Shown here: in pieces, positions 14,469-27,738 of the stretch
Position numbering within the stretch: position 1 is the first letter of the stretch
How the letters are laid out: every line of letters begins with the position of its first letter
Origin: the human T2T-CHM13v2.0 reference genome, Homo sapiens
Strand: one strand, 5' to 3'
Length of the DNA stretch: 64,000 nucleotides
NCBI RefSeq assembly: GCF_009914755.1
Contig: NC_060928.1
The notes under the pieces: model-generated
The model's input: the letters and a program-made list of their open reading frames with translations, nothing else
Told to the model about the DNA's origin: nothing
Database searches by the model: none
Position numbers and translations under genes: made by a program

Positions 14469-14981
14469 CCCTTTTCTTGTTTAGAAACAAAAGTGCAGCT
14501 CACTGCCAGTGCTCATTTAAATTTACATAAACATACTCTTTGGGGCTAAAGAAAATCTGACTCATTTTCAGTGTGAAAATAAAAAATAAAAACTGTTTTT
14601 GGAGTTATTTCTAAGCAGAGCTAACATCAGAATCATCTGAATCATCAAAATTGTCTATTTTGGAAAACCTGGATTCATCAAACGGATCTTCACCCAAAAA
14701 CCATTTGAGAACGATGTTAACGTAATGCATAGGAATGCTATGTGTTCTAGGATATGACATTTTCAGGGGCCAAGAATTACTATATTTCGTAAATGGAAAT
14801 ACCATCACTAAAAACAGAATGTTATAAATAGAATGATATCTTTTGTTTCCAAACTTGGCATACTATAGTGATGAGAAAATAATAATAAAAGAAAAATAAT
14901 TCGTGGCAAAGTTATCTCAGGGTAAATGCTGCAGCCGCAAGCACTACCAGTAAGCATTCGCAGGGCGAATGAAAAAAAAAG
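14469..14981 (-). mobile_element. MER75 (piggyBac-family non-autonomous element), full length
   Basis: TTAA TSD at 14465-14468 and 14982-14985, CCCTTTTC terminus, ~513 bp, and an acidic DDSDDSDV transposase N-terminal relic. Confidence 0.9.
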
Positions 14982-15676
14982 TTAATATATTTATCTTCTT
15001 TCTAATTCTTGTTAGGGTCAGTCGTCAAAAGAGTATACTCAAGTGACTTTTCTTCCTTCCTTCTCCTTTAAGAAACTTACTTGCCACTCAGTGGGCCATT
15101 TTATTCTAAATACTTAAAATTTTCTTTAACTCAGAGAAACTGCCCTTGTTTACATGATAAACCACCCTCCTTTGTTCTTGTTTGTGTTTTCTTTTTCTGA
15201 AATGTGTTTTAAAAGTTTTCTCAGTTTTATCTCATGAATTATATTTTATATGCTCTGCTTAACACAGCCAAGGGAGAGAAACAAGTTTCTGTGTTAATTG
15301 AAATTGCCAACACATCTTTTGGTGAGCTCCATTCTATCTGGAGGATTGCCCTAAGGCGGTCTTTTCTGCAAATGGGCTGAGTAGGGTATAGACTATTAGA
15401 ATGGGAACAGGTTTTAATTAATATAGTAAAAACTATGTTATCATTGTAGATAAATTTAGGAATTTTCTACTATGCCCAGCATCTAGAATGTAATTTTCTC
15501 CTGTTGGCTATTTTATGATGAGATAGAGCTGCCTGAGTCTGGTCTGGTATTTATACCATCAAAATACATGTATTTGACACTTATATGGCAGACACCAATG
15601 TACAGAAGGAACCACTCCTAACAGTTTAGATTAACAATCACAGTCACATTCTCTTAGTATATCAATTAGTTCCTGG

Positions 15677-16071
15677 TGTTTAAGTTTAGTGTAAAGCTAC
15701 CTCCTTACAAATTTAAATTCAGCCTGAATGTTTTTCTGTACATCAGGAAGTATAACAAGTGGAAGTGGAAACCGACCACAGCCCATACCAGTGCAAATCA
15801 CTGAGTTTTTGTCAGTCAAATGCAGCCAATTGTTTGAACTGTGTTCAAATAAGGCAAAGGCCAACCTGTAACTAATCCAGCTGTTTCGGTACCTCACTTC
15901 TGATTTTGTATTTCATTTCCCTTTTTTTGTCTATAGATCTTCTTCCACCACATGGCTGCTCTAGAGTCTCTCTGAATCTGCCGTGATTCTGGGGGCTTCC
16001 TGATTCGTGAATCATTCATTGCTCAATCAAACCCCTTTAAATTTAATTCAGCTGAAGTTTTTCCTTTAACA
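15677..16071 (+). mobile_element. MER57-family ERV1 LTR
   Basis: TG...ttaaCA termini, aaagctacctccttac and tgttcaaataaggcaaaggccaacctgtaac, followed by the PBS-like tggtgtcagaag. Confidence 0.85.
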
Positions 16072-16498
16072 GGTGGTGTCAGAAGCAGGTCCTAAGTAGA
16101 TATTCTCACAACCCCCAGGAGCACTGAGTGAATAAGCAAGGTACCTACAGGACCCACTTGTATCCATTGATCTCTCATAGCAGCTGGGGGATTATAGGTA
16201 AGTTCTTTCTTGGATTTCAGAGCTCCATAGATTTGTGTTTAGACTCTCTTGTGAAAATTATGCTAAACAACTATTACGACTATCACAAGGGTAATACCAA
16301 GAGTTTGGAATATGCTCCTTACCCAAGGTTCCTGTAAACCAAACTGCCTAAAATCAAATAGATCAAAGAATAAGTTAGATAAAGGATCTACTAACTACAA
16401 CTTCCCTACAACAGAATCTCTATAATACCCGATGTTTTCTCCATAGGCTAAAAGTACCAGCAGCGGCAAAGATTATTTTCTGTTTAGCCAATTCTATT
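16072..16498. mobile_element. ERV1 (MER57/MER4-group) internal remnants: leader (+) then env-TM-like piece (-)
   Basis: PBS at 16074. The reverse complement of 16262-16498 (catcgggtattatagaga...ttctttgatctatttgattt...aggagcatattccaaactcttggtatt) resembles the 3' env-derived region of MER4-group internals. Confidence 0.55.
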
Positions 16499-17404
16499 AA
16501 CATTAACCATGAATGTGCTACCTTTAGCTCTCCCTCATATTTCAGACAAAAGTTTCCATATTAATATACCAAGCCTATTAACACAAAAGCATAATTTACG
16601 TTTTTTTGTTAATAAGCCTAACATTGACCATGAATGTACTACTTATTAGTTCACCTTCATGTTTTGTATAATTTATAAAAATCAAAAAAATCAAACAGAA
16701 TGGTATGAAGACACTGATATCTTGGATTTTACCTTTTCATTAAAAGAAACAGAGATATGTTTGGAGAGTACAGACAAAATATTGAAAAGTGTTTGTCTGC
16801 TTACTCCTGTAAAGATAAGTTCTTCCAAAACCTTCTGTCATGTAATCAGATTCTCTGGTCATCACAGACAAACTCAGTCAAATCAGAGTACAGATGGTCG
16901 TTTATTACAAAACAACACAGGAGGCTTAGAATAGATGATACAGTTGGTCATTTTTGCACATAAAGTCTCTGATTAAGTATGAAAAATGTGAACATTTGTT
17001 TATCTTGGAAAAACTGCTATTACTTGTCAGCCATGACCAATTAGTTATTTCTAAACTGTTATCCATATAATTAAGAAAAACAGCCATCTGTAAAGTCAGA
17101 AGTTTGTGTCTCTTTTCTCATCCACATGTAAATGTAATTTCTGTAATCTGATTTACTTAAAAGAAAATTAACAGGCAGAATACAAGACAGATGACAGAAA
17201 CTGATGTATTTTTTATAATTTTTGTTTTGTCACTATTTTTCCACTTAATGATAGTGTGGAGCAAATATAGCTGGATTCTTTTAAAGACCATTAAAAATGT
17301 TCCTAGAATATTTATCTTTCAAACTTAAAGCATGATTGTTATAAAGAAATGTGTGTCACATAAGAAAGTTTATATTATTTATCACCCTTTTGCATTTTAA
17401 GTAC

Positions 17405-17885
17405 TGTATTAGTCACAGTTCTTCAGATAAAAAGAACCAAGACATATATGTAGATATGTTATAGAAGTTAGTTTATATGATTATGCAGACCCGGAACCTG
17501 ATGTGTAATTTCAGTCTGAGTTAAAAGGCCTGAAAAACAGAAGAGGTGATGATGTAGGTGCCAATCTGAAAGCTGGCAGGCTTAAAATAAAGATTGGCCA
17601 AAGTTTCCATCTGAGCCAGAAAACTGGGAAAGACCAAGATCCTAGCTCATGTGGGTCAGGCAGAAGGAATTCTCCCTTATTCAGCCTTTTTGTTCACTTC
17701 AGGTCTTCAGTTTTTTGGATGAGACCCATCCACATTGGAGAGGGCAACCTGCTTTATTTAGTCTACCAATACAAATGTTAATCTCTTCCAGAAACACCCT
17801 AACAGTCACAACCAAAATAACGTTTGGTCAAATGTCTGGATATCATGTGATCCAGTTGAGTTGACACATGAAATTAACCATCACA
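17405..17885 (-). mobile_element. MLT2C-like solo LTR
   Basis: tgtattagtc...gttgacacatgaaattaaccatcaca is the reverse complement of both MLT2 termini. Confidence 0.88.
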
Positions 17886-19839
17886 TATACTTAGGAAAGC
17901 GAAATATGACCAAGTTTTTAAAAATAGCTTTATTGGAATACAATTTTAATGTACATTCTATGTGTTAGTTGGTACATGTATTTACTTGATGTTAATGAAC
18001 AAAATTTAAAAGGGACAGAGCAAGATTGTGGAAGAGAAGCCTACACCATTCATTCCCCTTTATGGAACACCAAATTTTAATAATTATCTTCATATTGGAA
18101 AAGCACCATCAGAAGAATTGAAAATCTGGTGAGAAATCATAGTACCTGGATTTAACTTCATATTAGTGAAAGAGGCATGGAGGAGGGCAGGAAAGACAGT
18201 CCTGAATGGCTAACACGTGTCCCCCATCCCTATGTAGTGGCTGCACGGAATGGAGAGAGAACCTGTTCTTTTTTTGGAAGTGTGAATGCAGTGACTGGAA
18301 GGACTGTATGTTAAACTCAGTGCTGCCCTGTCACAATGGAGAATAAAGCCATATCGGGTTCAGCCAGTGACTGTGCAGGGAGGGAGCATTTGAACTATCC
18401 CTAACCAAAGGGGAATCATCTATTCCAGCCATCGGATCTTGAGTTTCTAGTCAAGCCTCACCGCCACAGGCTGAAGTGCTCTGGGGTTCCAGGCAAACTT
18501 GAAAGATGGTCTGGATCACAAGGATTGTAATTCCTAAGCAACTCTTGGTGCTAGGCTGGGCTTAGCGCTAGTGGATTGGAGTGGCTCATTACCTAGGGAG
18601 ACATCAGCTAGTGTGACTAAGGGAGTGCTTGCACTATCCCTCACCCAACCCAAGACAGTGCAGCTTACAGCAACAAAAGTGACTCCTTCCTTTGCTTAAG
18701 GAGAGCAGAGCAAAGAGTAAAGAGGACTTTGTCTTGCATCTTGGATACTAGCTCAGCCACAGTAGGATGGGGCACTGGGCAGTCACAAGGACCCAATTTC
18801 AGGCCCTAGCTTCTTGATGAAATTTCTAGACATACCCTGGGCCGAAAAGGAATTCACTACCTAGAAGGGAAGGAGTCAGTCCTGGCAGGATTTATCACCT
18901 GCTGACTAAGGAGACTTTGGGCCATGAGTAACAAGCAGCAATATATAGGGAATATTCAGACCTTCAGCTATGGAATGTGCTGGCTTCAAGGGTGACTCAT
19001 CACATTCTAAGGTGTGGTGGCTATGGTGAATGATTTATTCTATTTGAGAAAAGCAGAGGGAAAAGTAAAAGAGAGTTTGCCTTGCGTGTTAGGTACCAGC
19101 TCAGACACACTAAGGTAGAGCAACAGCAGACTCTTGGGGTCCCCAAGTCCAGACCTATGCTTTTGGATTGCATTTCTGGACCTATTCTGGGCCAGAGAGG
19201 CACCCACTGTCCTGAAGGGTGAGTTCCAGGCCTAGCAGCATTCACCACAAATTGACAGAAGAGCCCTTGGGCTTTAAGTGAACATTAGCAGTACCCTGGC
19301 AGAACCTCTGTGAAATGGCAGTGGTGGTGGCTGGAGGGAGAGGCCTCTCCGCTTGTGGAAAGGGGAGGGAACTGCAAAATGACTTTGTATTTTGGTCTCT
19401 GTTTCAATTTAGCCACGGTAGAATAAAACATCAGGTAAACTGCTAAGACATTTTACTTCAATCTCTGGCTCCCAGACATTATCTCTGGGCATGTTCAGGA
19501 CCTGAGGGAATTTGCTGCCCTGAAGGGAAGAACCCTGGGCAAGACTCAGTGCTATGCTGGCTTCAGGTGTGATCCAGCACAGTACCAGTGGTAGTGGATA
19601 CACAGGTGCTTGAAGGACCACACCCCCTGTTCCAGGAGGCTTAGCATAGAGAGAAAAAGAGAGAGACCCCATTTGTTTGGGAGAAAGTAGGAGAAAAGAA
19701 GAGTCTCTGGTTAGTAATTTAGAGATCTTATCCAAGACCACCAAGGTAGTACCAGTACAAATCTTCAAAAACCACGACATTATCAGAATGCTAAGTCCCT
19801 TCAAATACCTGAAAAGCCTTCTCAAGAAGAACAGGCAAG

Positions 19840-20138
19840 GGCTGGGTGTCGTGGCTCATGCCTGTAATTGAAGCACTTTGGGAGGCCGGGGTTGGTGGAT
19901 TACCTGAGGTCAGGAGTTTGAAAACAGTCTGGCCAACATGGTAAAATGCTGTCTCTACTAAAAATACAAAAATTAGCCAGGCATGGTGGTGGACACCTAT
20001 AATCCTAGATGCTTGCTAGGCTGAGTCAGGAGAATAGCTTGAACCTGGGAGGCAGAGGTTGCAGGGAGCCGAGATTGTGCCGCATCACTCCAGCCTGGGT
20101 GAAAGATCAAAACTCTGTCTCACTAAATAAATAAATAA

Positions 20139-20173
<35 letters not shown>

Positions 20174-20180
20174 AATAAAT
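19840..20180 (+). mobile_element. AluS (Sx-like) with (TAAA)n tail
   Basis: Dimeric Alu with cctgaggtcaggagttt and degenerate TSD gaagaacaggca/gaaggactggca. Confidence 0.93.
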
Positions 20181-22072
20181 GAAGGACTGGCACAAACCAG
20201 CCCACAGTGTGAAGACTACAATAAATACTTTACTCTTCAATGCTCAGACACTGAAGAACATCTACTAGCATCAACACCATCCAGGAAAACATGACCTCAC
20301 CAAATGAACTAAATAAGGCACCAGGGATTAATCCTGGAGAAACAGAGATAGATGTTTCAGACAGAGACTTCAAAAGAGTTCTATTGGAAAAACCCAAAGA
20401 AATTCAAGTTAACACAGCGAAGGAATTCAGAATTCTATAAGATAAATTTACTAAAGAGATTGAAATAAAAAGAACCAACCAGAAATTCTAAAGTTGAAAA
20501 ATGCAAAAGGGCAAATCTGAGAGTTACTGGCTTTTAAAAGGAGCAAAGACATAGTGGTAGAAGTTTATTCAAAAGGATATTAGAGAACTTCCCAAATGCA
20601 GAGGAAGATATCAACATTCAGCATAAGAATATTATAGAGCATAAACAGATTTAACCCAAATAAGACTACCTCAACATATTTAATAATAAATTCCCAAAGG
20701 TCAAGGATAAAGAAGATTCTAAAAGCAGCAAGAGAAAAGAAACAAATAGCATAAATTGGAGATCCAATTTGTCTGGTAGCAGACTTCACAGGGGAAACTT
20801 CACAAGCCAGGAGCGACTGGCATGACATATTTACAGTGCTGAAAGAAATAAACTTTTACCCTAGAATAGTATATCCAGTCAAAATATCCTTCAAACATGA
20901 AGGAGAAATAAAGACCTTCCCAGACAAGCAAAAGCTGAGGGATTTCATCCACACGAGACCTGTTCTATAGGAAATGCTAAAGGAAGTTCTTCAATCTGAA
21001 AGAACAGAATGTTAATGAGCAAGAATAAATCATTGAAAGGTACAAAACTCACTGGTAATAGTAAACACACAGAAAAACACAGAACAGTATCTTATTTTAA
21101 TGGTGGTGTTTAAAGTACTCTTGATCTAAGTAGAAAGACTAAATGATGAACCAATCAAATATAATAACTATAACTTTTTGAGACATAGACAGTACAATAA
21201 GTTATAAAGAGAAACAACAAAAAGTTAAAAACCGGAAGGATGAAGTTAAAGTGAAGAGTTTTTATTTGTTCCATTTTGTGTGTTTGCTTGTAACTACAAT
21301 TAGAGTTGTCATCAGTTTTAAATAATAGGTTATAAGATAGTGTGTGGAAGCCTCATGGTAACCTCAAATTTAAAAACATACAATAGATACACAAAAAATA
21401 TAAAACAAGAAAGCATAGAATCAGAGGAAATCACCTTCATTAAAATGAAGACAGGAAGATAAAAAAGAAGAGAACACCATAAAACAACTGAAAAACAAAT
21501 AAAAAAATGGCAGCAGTAAGTCCCAACTTACTAATAATGACATTGGATGTAAATGGACAAAACTCTCCAATCAAAAGACACGAAGACTCAATCAATGATT
21601 TGTTCTGTACAAGAAACACACTTTATCTATAAAGACATACATAGAATGAAAAAAAAGGAATGGTAAAAGATATTCCATAACAATGGAAACCAAAAAAATC
21701 AGGAGTAGCTATACTTATATCAGACAAAATAGATTTCAAGATAAAAACTATAAGAAGAGAGAAACAATGTCATTATATAATGATAAAGGAGCCAATTCAG
21801 GAAGATAATATATAATAATTATAAATATACATGTACCCAGTACTGGGGTGCCAAGATATATAAAGCAAATATTATCAGAGCTAAAGAGACAGAGAAACCC
21901 CAACATAATAACTAGAGACTTCAACACCCCACTTTCAGAAACATTGGGATGATCTTCCAGACAGAAATATCAATAAAGAAACATTGGAGTTAAAATCTGC
22001 ACTATAAAACAAATAGACCTAATAGATATTTATACAACATTTACCCAAGGACAGCAAAATATACATTCTTCA

Positions 22073-22162
22073 TTGAACCCGGGAGGTGGAGTTTGCAGTG
22101 AGCCAAGATCGCACCCTTGCACTCCAGCCTGGGCAACAGAGCGAGACTCCATCTCAAAAAAA
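22073..22162 (+). mobile_element. Alu right-arm 3' fragment
   Basis: ttgaacccgggagg...gagactccatctcaaaaaaa, with the 5' part absent. Confidence 0.92.
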
Positions 22163-22497
22163 GATAATTACGATAAACAAATAAAACCAAGTTATTTGCC
22201 ACAACATGGATGGAACTAGAAGTTATCATGCTAAGCCAAATAGCCAGACACAGAAAAACAAATATTGCATGTTCTTACTCATATGTGGAAGTTACAAAGC
22301 TGATTTCATGAAAGTAGAGAGTAAAATAATAGATAACAGAAGTTGGGAAGGATGTGTGTGTGGAGAGAGGGAGGGATAAAGAGAAATTGGTTAATGGGTA
22401 TAAACATACAGTTAGATAAAAGGACTAATTTCCAATGTTCGATAGCTGAATATGGTGACTATAGTTAATACCAACGTATTGTATATTTCAAAATAGC

Positions 22498-22540
22498 TAG
22501 AATAGAATAGAATAGAATAGAATAGAACAGAATAGAATAA
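22498..22540. repeat. (AATAG)n pentanucleotide repeat
   Basis: Seen directly in the sequence. Confidence 0.9.
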
Positions 22541-23779
22541 TAGAGTGAAATGTTCCCAAAACATAGGAATTTTACCAAAATGATAAATGCCCCAAATACT
22601 CTGACTTGATCTCTACAGAGTCTATGCATGAAACAAAATATCACATGTACTATATAAGTATGTACAAATATTATGTATTAAGAAAACTAGATGGACTCTT
22701 CAATATACTCATTTCATTTATTATTCTCAAAAGTTAAAGTTTTAGAGTAGACAAAATAACCAAATTAATTACCTTTAAAAGTGAGCTATTAATCCTAATT
22801 AAAATGTCACAATTTGTTCCTATTAGTCTGATTAGTATACTTTATATGTTTCATTGTTAGGAAAATTGAAACCAAAGAGAAAACTATACTTTAAATATAA
22901 CACTTAATGAAATTACATTATTTGTTAATATTAGCCATAATTTTTATTGTTCAAACACACTCTCTTTCTCTCTTCCATTAATGCTTATTTAAAAATCCTG
23001 AAATTAAAATGTTGTCAAAAAAGTAGTACCTCACTGAAATGGATAACAGAAGACCAGGCCAATAAGAGTCTGGCTGCAGTGATTTCTTAAAACTCTAGAT
23101 ATAATCATGGGTAAGAATTAGGCTTCATTATTCCAGAAAAATATATGATTAAATAGAACCAAACTTTAGATAGCCTATAGATGACAGAATTTCCTCATTA
23201 CTTCTTCCTAACATTTTAATTGACACCTTTTCTTTGCAATATATGCATTGAGTAAGGCAGATCAGACATCTGCTGTGTTTAGGACAGATGAAAAGAAATG
23301 AGGAGAAAATACATGTGATTTTAGGACAGAGATGAATGAAGTCTATTTTCTATTTTCTATGTCATGTGGACTCAGGCTTTATACTTAGTCAAAGAGGTCA
23401 AGGAAGATGCATATCACTAAACTGAAATTGTAGATCTGTTTGACCTGTAACTCACCTCAGAACCCAGAGTTTCTTAACTCTTGTGTTTCTGCCACATTGA
23501 CCACTTCTCTTTTAATTTTAATGTCACAACTAAGTTTGATACTTCTGCCTTTTTTTAAAAAAACAAAAAACAAACAAAAAAAAAACAACCTCCCAACAGC
23601 CTACAGTGGTCATTCTAGCTTAACTACTTTTATGAGGCAGCAGAATTCCTTATTTTAAAATAATAAGGAGTCTTACAAATTTGAATTTGGAAGCTAGAAA
23701 TATTGAATTTATAGTTATATCTGAGATGTAAAAATTTATAACATCTCAGAGATACAAGTCATGACTCCATGACTCATTA

Positions 23780-24126
23780 CAGCCACACATCACTTAACAA
23801 GTGGAATACATTCTGAAAAACGTGTCTTTTGGCAATTTTGTTGTTGCATGAATATTAAAGGGCATACTTAAACAAACCTGCTACACACTTAGGCTATTTA
23901 GTACAGCCTATTGCTTCTAGGCCTCAAACCTGCACAATCATTATCATATTAAATACTGTAGGCTATTGTAGTACAAAGGTAAGTATTGTGTGTTAACTAT
24001 CTAAACATAGGAAAAGTAATGTGTTGTGCTATGTCATTATGACAACTACAGTGTCATTCAGGAATAGGAATTTTCCACTCCATTATAATCTTATGTGATC
24101 AAAACGTTGTCATGGAGTACCAACTG
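23780..24126 (+). mobile_element. Tigger3a/MER7-type element
   Basis: ta|cag...ctg|ta ends, homologous to 11318-11770. Confidence 0.82.
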
Positions 24127-26201
24127 TACTCTAAAATTAAATTTTTTAAAGGGTTGATGCCTGTGGATGAAATCTTAACTGGATGTTCTAATCTCTAAGA
24201 AAGTTAAAAATCAAATTTCCCCCAAAACTGACCAACAATAGAAGAAATTGGTTTGAAATATCTTCAAATTTTTATTTCAAGCTATGTAATTTCAAGCAAA
24301 AAAAATCAAATAATATAGGCATTTATTTGCTAATATAGGTATTTATTTGCTAATAGCAAAATGTTGACTCTATCCACTCCTGCTGCTTCTAGCTGGGAAG
24401 ACACACCAAGTGATAGTAAGTATTTGTATCAACTAAAGAGTTAACTAAGAGAAGTGAACAAGAAAGCAAATAAGCATTTTTAAAAATTTCCTTAATATAC
24501 ACCAATCCATCTCATATAATTATGGTCAATATTTATGGAGGAATATTGTTTGCCATATTTCTCGATGCATATCATTATTTTAGACTGGTTGGAAAGCTAA
24601 ATGCCACAAATACCAATATTTGCACAAAGCATAAACTTTGTTAACACCTAAGGATTCACTTCTGCTTTGACAATTACATAGTTTGAAAAAGTATGATAAA
24701 AAGATTCACTTTGCAAAAACGAGACACAAAATTGCAACCTGGTTACCTGCAGAACATTATATGCTGACATAAAAGACAAATATTATTATTGAAAGTATTT
24801 CTGTATTCCAATTCCTTTAGGAAAGCAATTGTTCCATTTTTAGACATTGTCAATGTTTTGAATGTATAGTACACAATGTGATTTCAAAGGCCTCCAAAAG
24901 ACTACTTGCAATCCACAAAACAGCACCATAGATCTGTTCAACTTCTTTATCAATGTCTCATGTTCTACAGACAAATTTTGGGTAGAATTTGAGATTCATT
25001 AAATGTTGCTACCTCAGGTGATAGCAAAAAATGATGTCATTCATACTTGAGTATAAGCAAATTTATGATTTTTTTTGTTAAGATTTGCATTTAGATACTA
25101 TGAAGAGTAAAAGTAATCACCTATATTTGTTTTAGGGTTATTTATCTCCACTATGTGTGCTTTCCTTGAGCAAAACCTTCAGCAGTTACAAATGCTAATC
25201 TTTCCTTAAGACTGAGGCATGATAAAGATAATAGAGAGTAGATACCACTTTCAAAGAAGATTTAACTTTGTCTGCTTTTAGAGTAATCTAGGTGTCACAT
25301 CTATAATAGTCTGTTTAAGTTGTTACAGTTATGTTGATTAATGTTTTAGGCACGAAGAAAAAACCATTCACTTGAGAGGGAAAAATGTGATATATATTTC
25401 ATCTTTAAACTTACATGTTTGTTTTATCCATTATGAAAATCCATACAGCAATCATAACCAATCAAAACAAAGGGCTGGTGAGAATGAAGAAAAGGAAAAT
25501 AGAACACTTTGTATTATGAAAAGAGTAAAAATGAGGAAATTTGTTTGATGTAGTCAGTTGTTTTACATGAGCCTAATAGAGAAGTAGCATGAACAATTGT
25601 TTTTCATGCGTGTTTTATATCCTCATATAAACCCTCATCAAATGACATGTCATAAATGCAGCGTGTGGCTTTAAGGCAGATTGTAGGGCATGTCTTTATG
25701 AGGCTGAAAGTTCTAATGCCTGGAGAAGAGTGATGATAAAGGCTTCTCATCACTGCAATTTAAAATGCTAAAATCCATAAAAAAAACACTTTGGTTTCAA
25801 TATTTAACAATATTTAACAGAAAATAAATATAAATTTACAATTTTAGCATTAAATGCTGGAAATAGCATTCTCTCACTGTTGAATATTTTGGGCATTGCA
25901 GAATACAATTTTTGTAGTATGAAAATTTTGAAAATGTGGACACCAGCACTTAATCGTTCAGTGCTTTAATTATAGACAGGTGTATAGTTATCTTGAAACT
26001 GTGTTTCATGGGCCTATCATCTTGATAGCTTTTAGAAATATTTCTAAATCATAAATTCAATAATTCTAAATATTCACATTTTAATGTATATCTTATTTTA
26101 CCTGATTATGCCATACCTGCCATTAATTAAGCATCCTGAAAAGAATTTGATATTTTAAAATTCATTCATTTGTAGCAATAAGCAAGATGGTAGACTAGAA
26201 G

Positions 26202-26845
26202 TGAAGCAGCATCATTCTCTGGGGTAAATACCCGGGGTTCATCATCTCGTGCCAAGAATATTAAGGACATGGACACACACAAGGAGTGAGTTTAGGAGCA
26301 GAGGTTTAATAGGCAAAAGAAAGAGAAAGGAGAGCAGCTCTCTCTCTCGTGAGAGAGAGGGGCGTCTGAAAGGGAAAAGCCAGCCCTCCATGGACTGCGC
26401 GAGATTTTATAGGCACACTTGAGGAGGTTGTGTCTGATTTATGTAGGGACCGCAGATTGGTTGGACCAGCTGTGAGGTTTACATAGCACCCAGGGAAGGC
26501 TGGTTATCTCACCGTAATCTTACCAGGCAAATGGGGTCTTTGCTTGACCAGGGCCATATTGTCTTCTCCTTACTGGACACGTGATTTGTCAAAAAGAAGG
26601 GAGGATGGCGCCGCCATTTTAAGCATGCCTAATCCCAGGTAGCCTTTGCCTACTGGCACAACTGCCAGCAATCACCCCTGAAAGCTTCCAGCTTGCTTGT
26701 CTATGTGTGCAGCTCGGTTTTACAGGCTGCTCTTTGTTAGAAAAGAAAATCATTTGGGGGCTGCTTTTCATTAAAAGGAAAACCTTACTGAGGATCCCTG
26801 TATGTACCTTATCTGCCTACGTATTTTTTCTTAACTCCTATATCA
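26202..26845 (-). mobile_element. MER51A-like ERV1 solo LTR inserted in the L1 5'UTR
   Basis: TG...CA termini, 4-bp TSD GAAG (26198-26201 and 26846-26849); the reverse complement starts tgatataggagttaagaa...ggcagata. Confidence 0.88.
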
Positions 26846-27318
26846 GAAGCAGCTAGTGTGTGCTGCTGCCATGGAGAGGAAACAAACTGGAGAGTAAACA
26901 CTGACCCTGAAAGCTATCTAAGAAACCATGTCAGGGCCCATCAAGGGGGCAAGGGGGCAAGGGGGCACAAACAGAAAACCGTGAAGCTGGCAGCAGCCCA
27001 CTGCGGATCAGCACCGAGCCAAGAGAAACTCCCCAACACAGGGCAAGGGTGAGTGAGTGAGAGCCTCTGTGGAATCCACATTTATCACAGGAACCTGAGA
27101 AATCCTGGGAACAGGAGAATACTCTGTCCTCTAGACTGATACAGAGAGCTGCCATTCGTTTTTGTGAAGGCAACATTGAAGTCCATGAGGACCCCCGCAG
27201 GCCTTGTTCTCCAGAGCAACAGAGCACCAGCTGCCACAGCCCAAATAGTGGCCCCGGACATGGTGTTTGAGGCAGTAAAACTTTTTTACTCCCCCTCGTC
27301 AGACAAGGGTCAGCAATA

Positions 27319-27738
27319 GCTTCCAGCACAGCAGCCCTACTTCTGCCTGAACTCTGCCAGAGGACACTGCTATATGTTCCTCCAGAAGCACCTGGACATT
27401 TGAGTGACTCCACCCATCCCCACTCTTACCTAAATGGGAAAGACACGTCTGCTCAAGCTTCCAGCATGACAGATCCACCTCTGTCTGAACTCTGTAGGCA
27501 GGCACAGCTCCGTGTTTCCCCAAGAAGTACCTAGACAGCAAAATGTTGACTCTATCCACTCCCACTGCTCCTAGCTGGGGAAGACTCACCAATTGTTGCT
27601 TCCAGCATAGTGCCCTATATCTGCCCACATTCTGCGGGTGAATGCAGCTCTGTGTTCCCCTGGGAAGCACTTGGACAGCAGGCCAAGTAACTCTATGCAC
27701 ACTACTGCTTCTAGCTGGATAGGACTCACCAGCATGGG
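27319..27738 (+). repeat. Three diverged ~140-bp tandem units in the L1 5'UTR
   Basis: Units begin gcttccagca at ~27319, 27457 and 27598. Confidence 0.85.

Larger units (their letters stand above)
18011..22686 (+). mobile_element. Old LINE-1 (L1MA-type): 5'UTR, ORF1, ORF2 endonuclease start, then 3' end; most of ORF2 deleted
   Basis: gagcaagat 5' start, ORF1 remnants ~20270-21000, ORF2 start atggcagcagtaagtcc ~21507, L1MA 3'UTR at 22185-22686. Confidence 0.85.

Noticed and set aside
14611-14808. Acidic 65-aa ORF
   Set aside because: Relic of the piggyBac transposase start within MER75.
27319-27738. Spaced repeats as a CRISPR-like array
   Set aside because: Whole units are homologous with no unique spacers, and the context is a eukaryotic L1.
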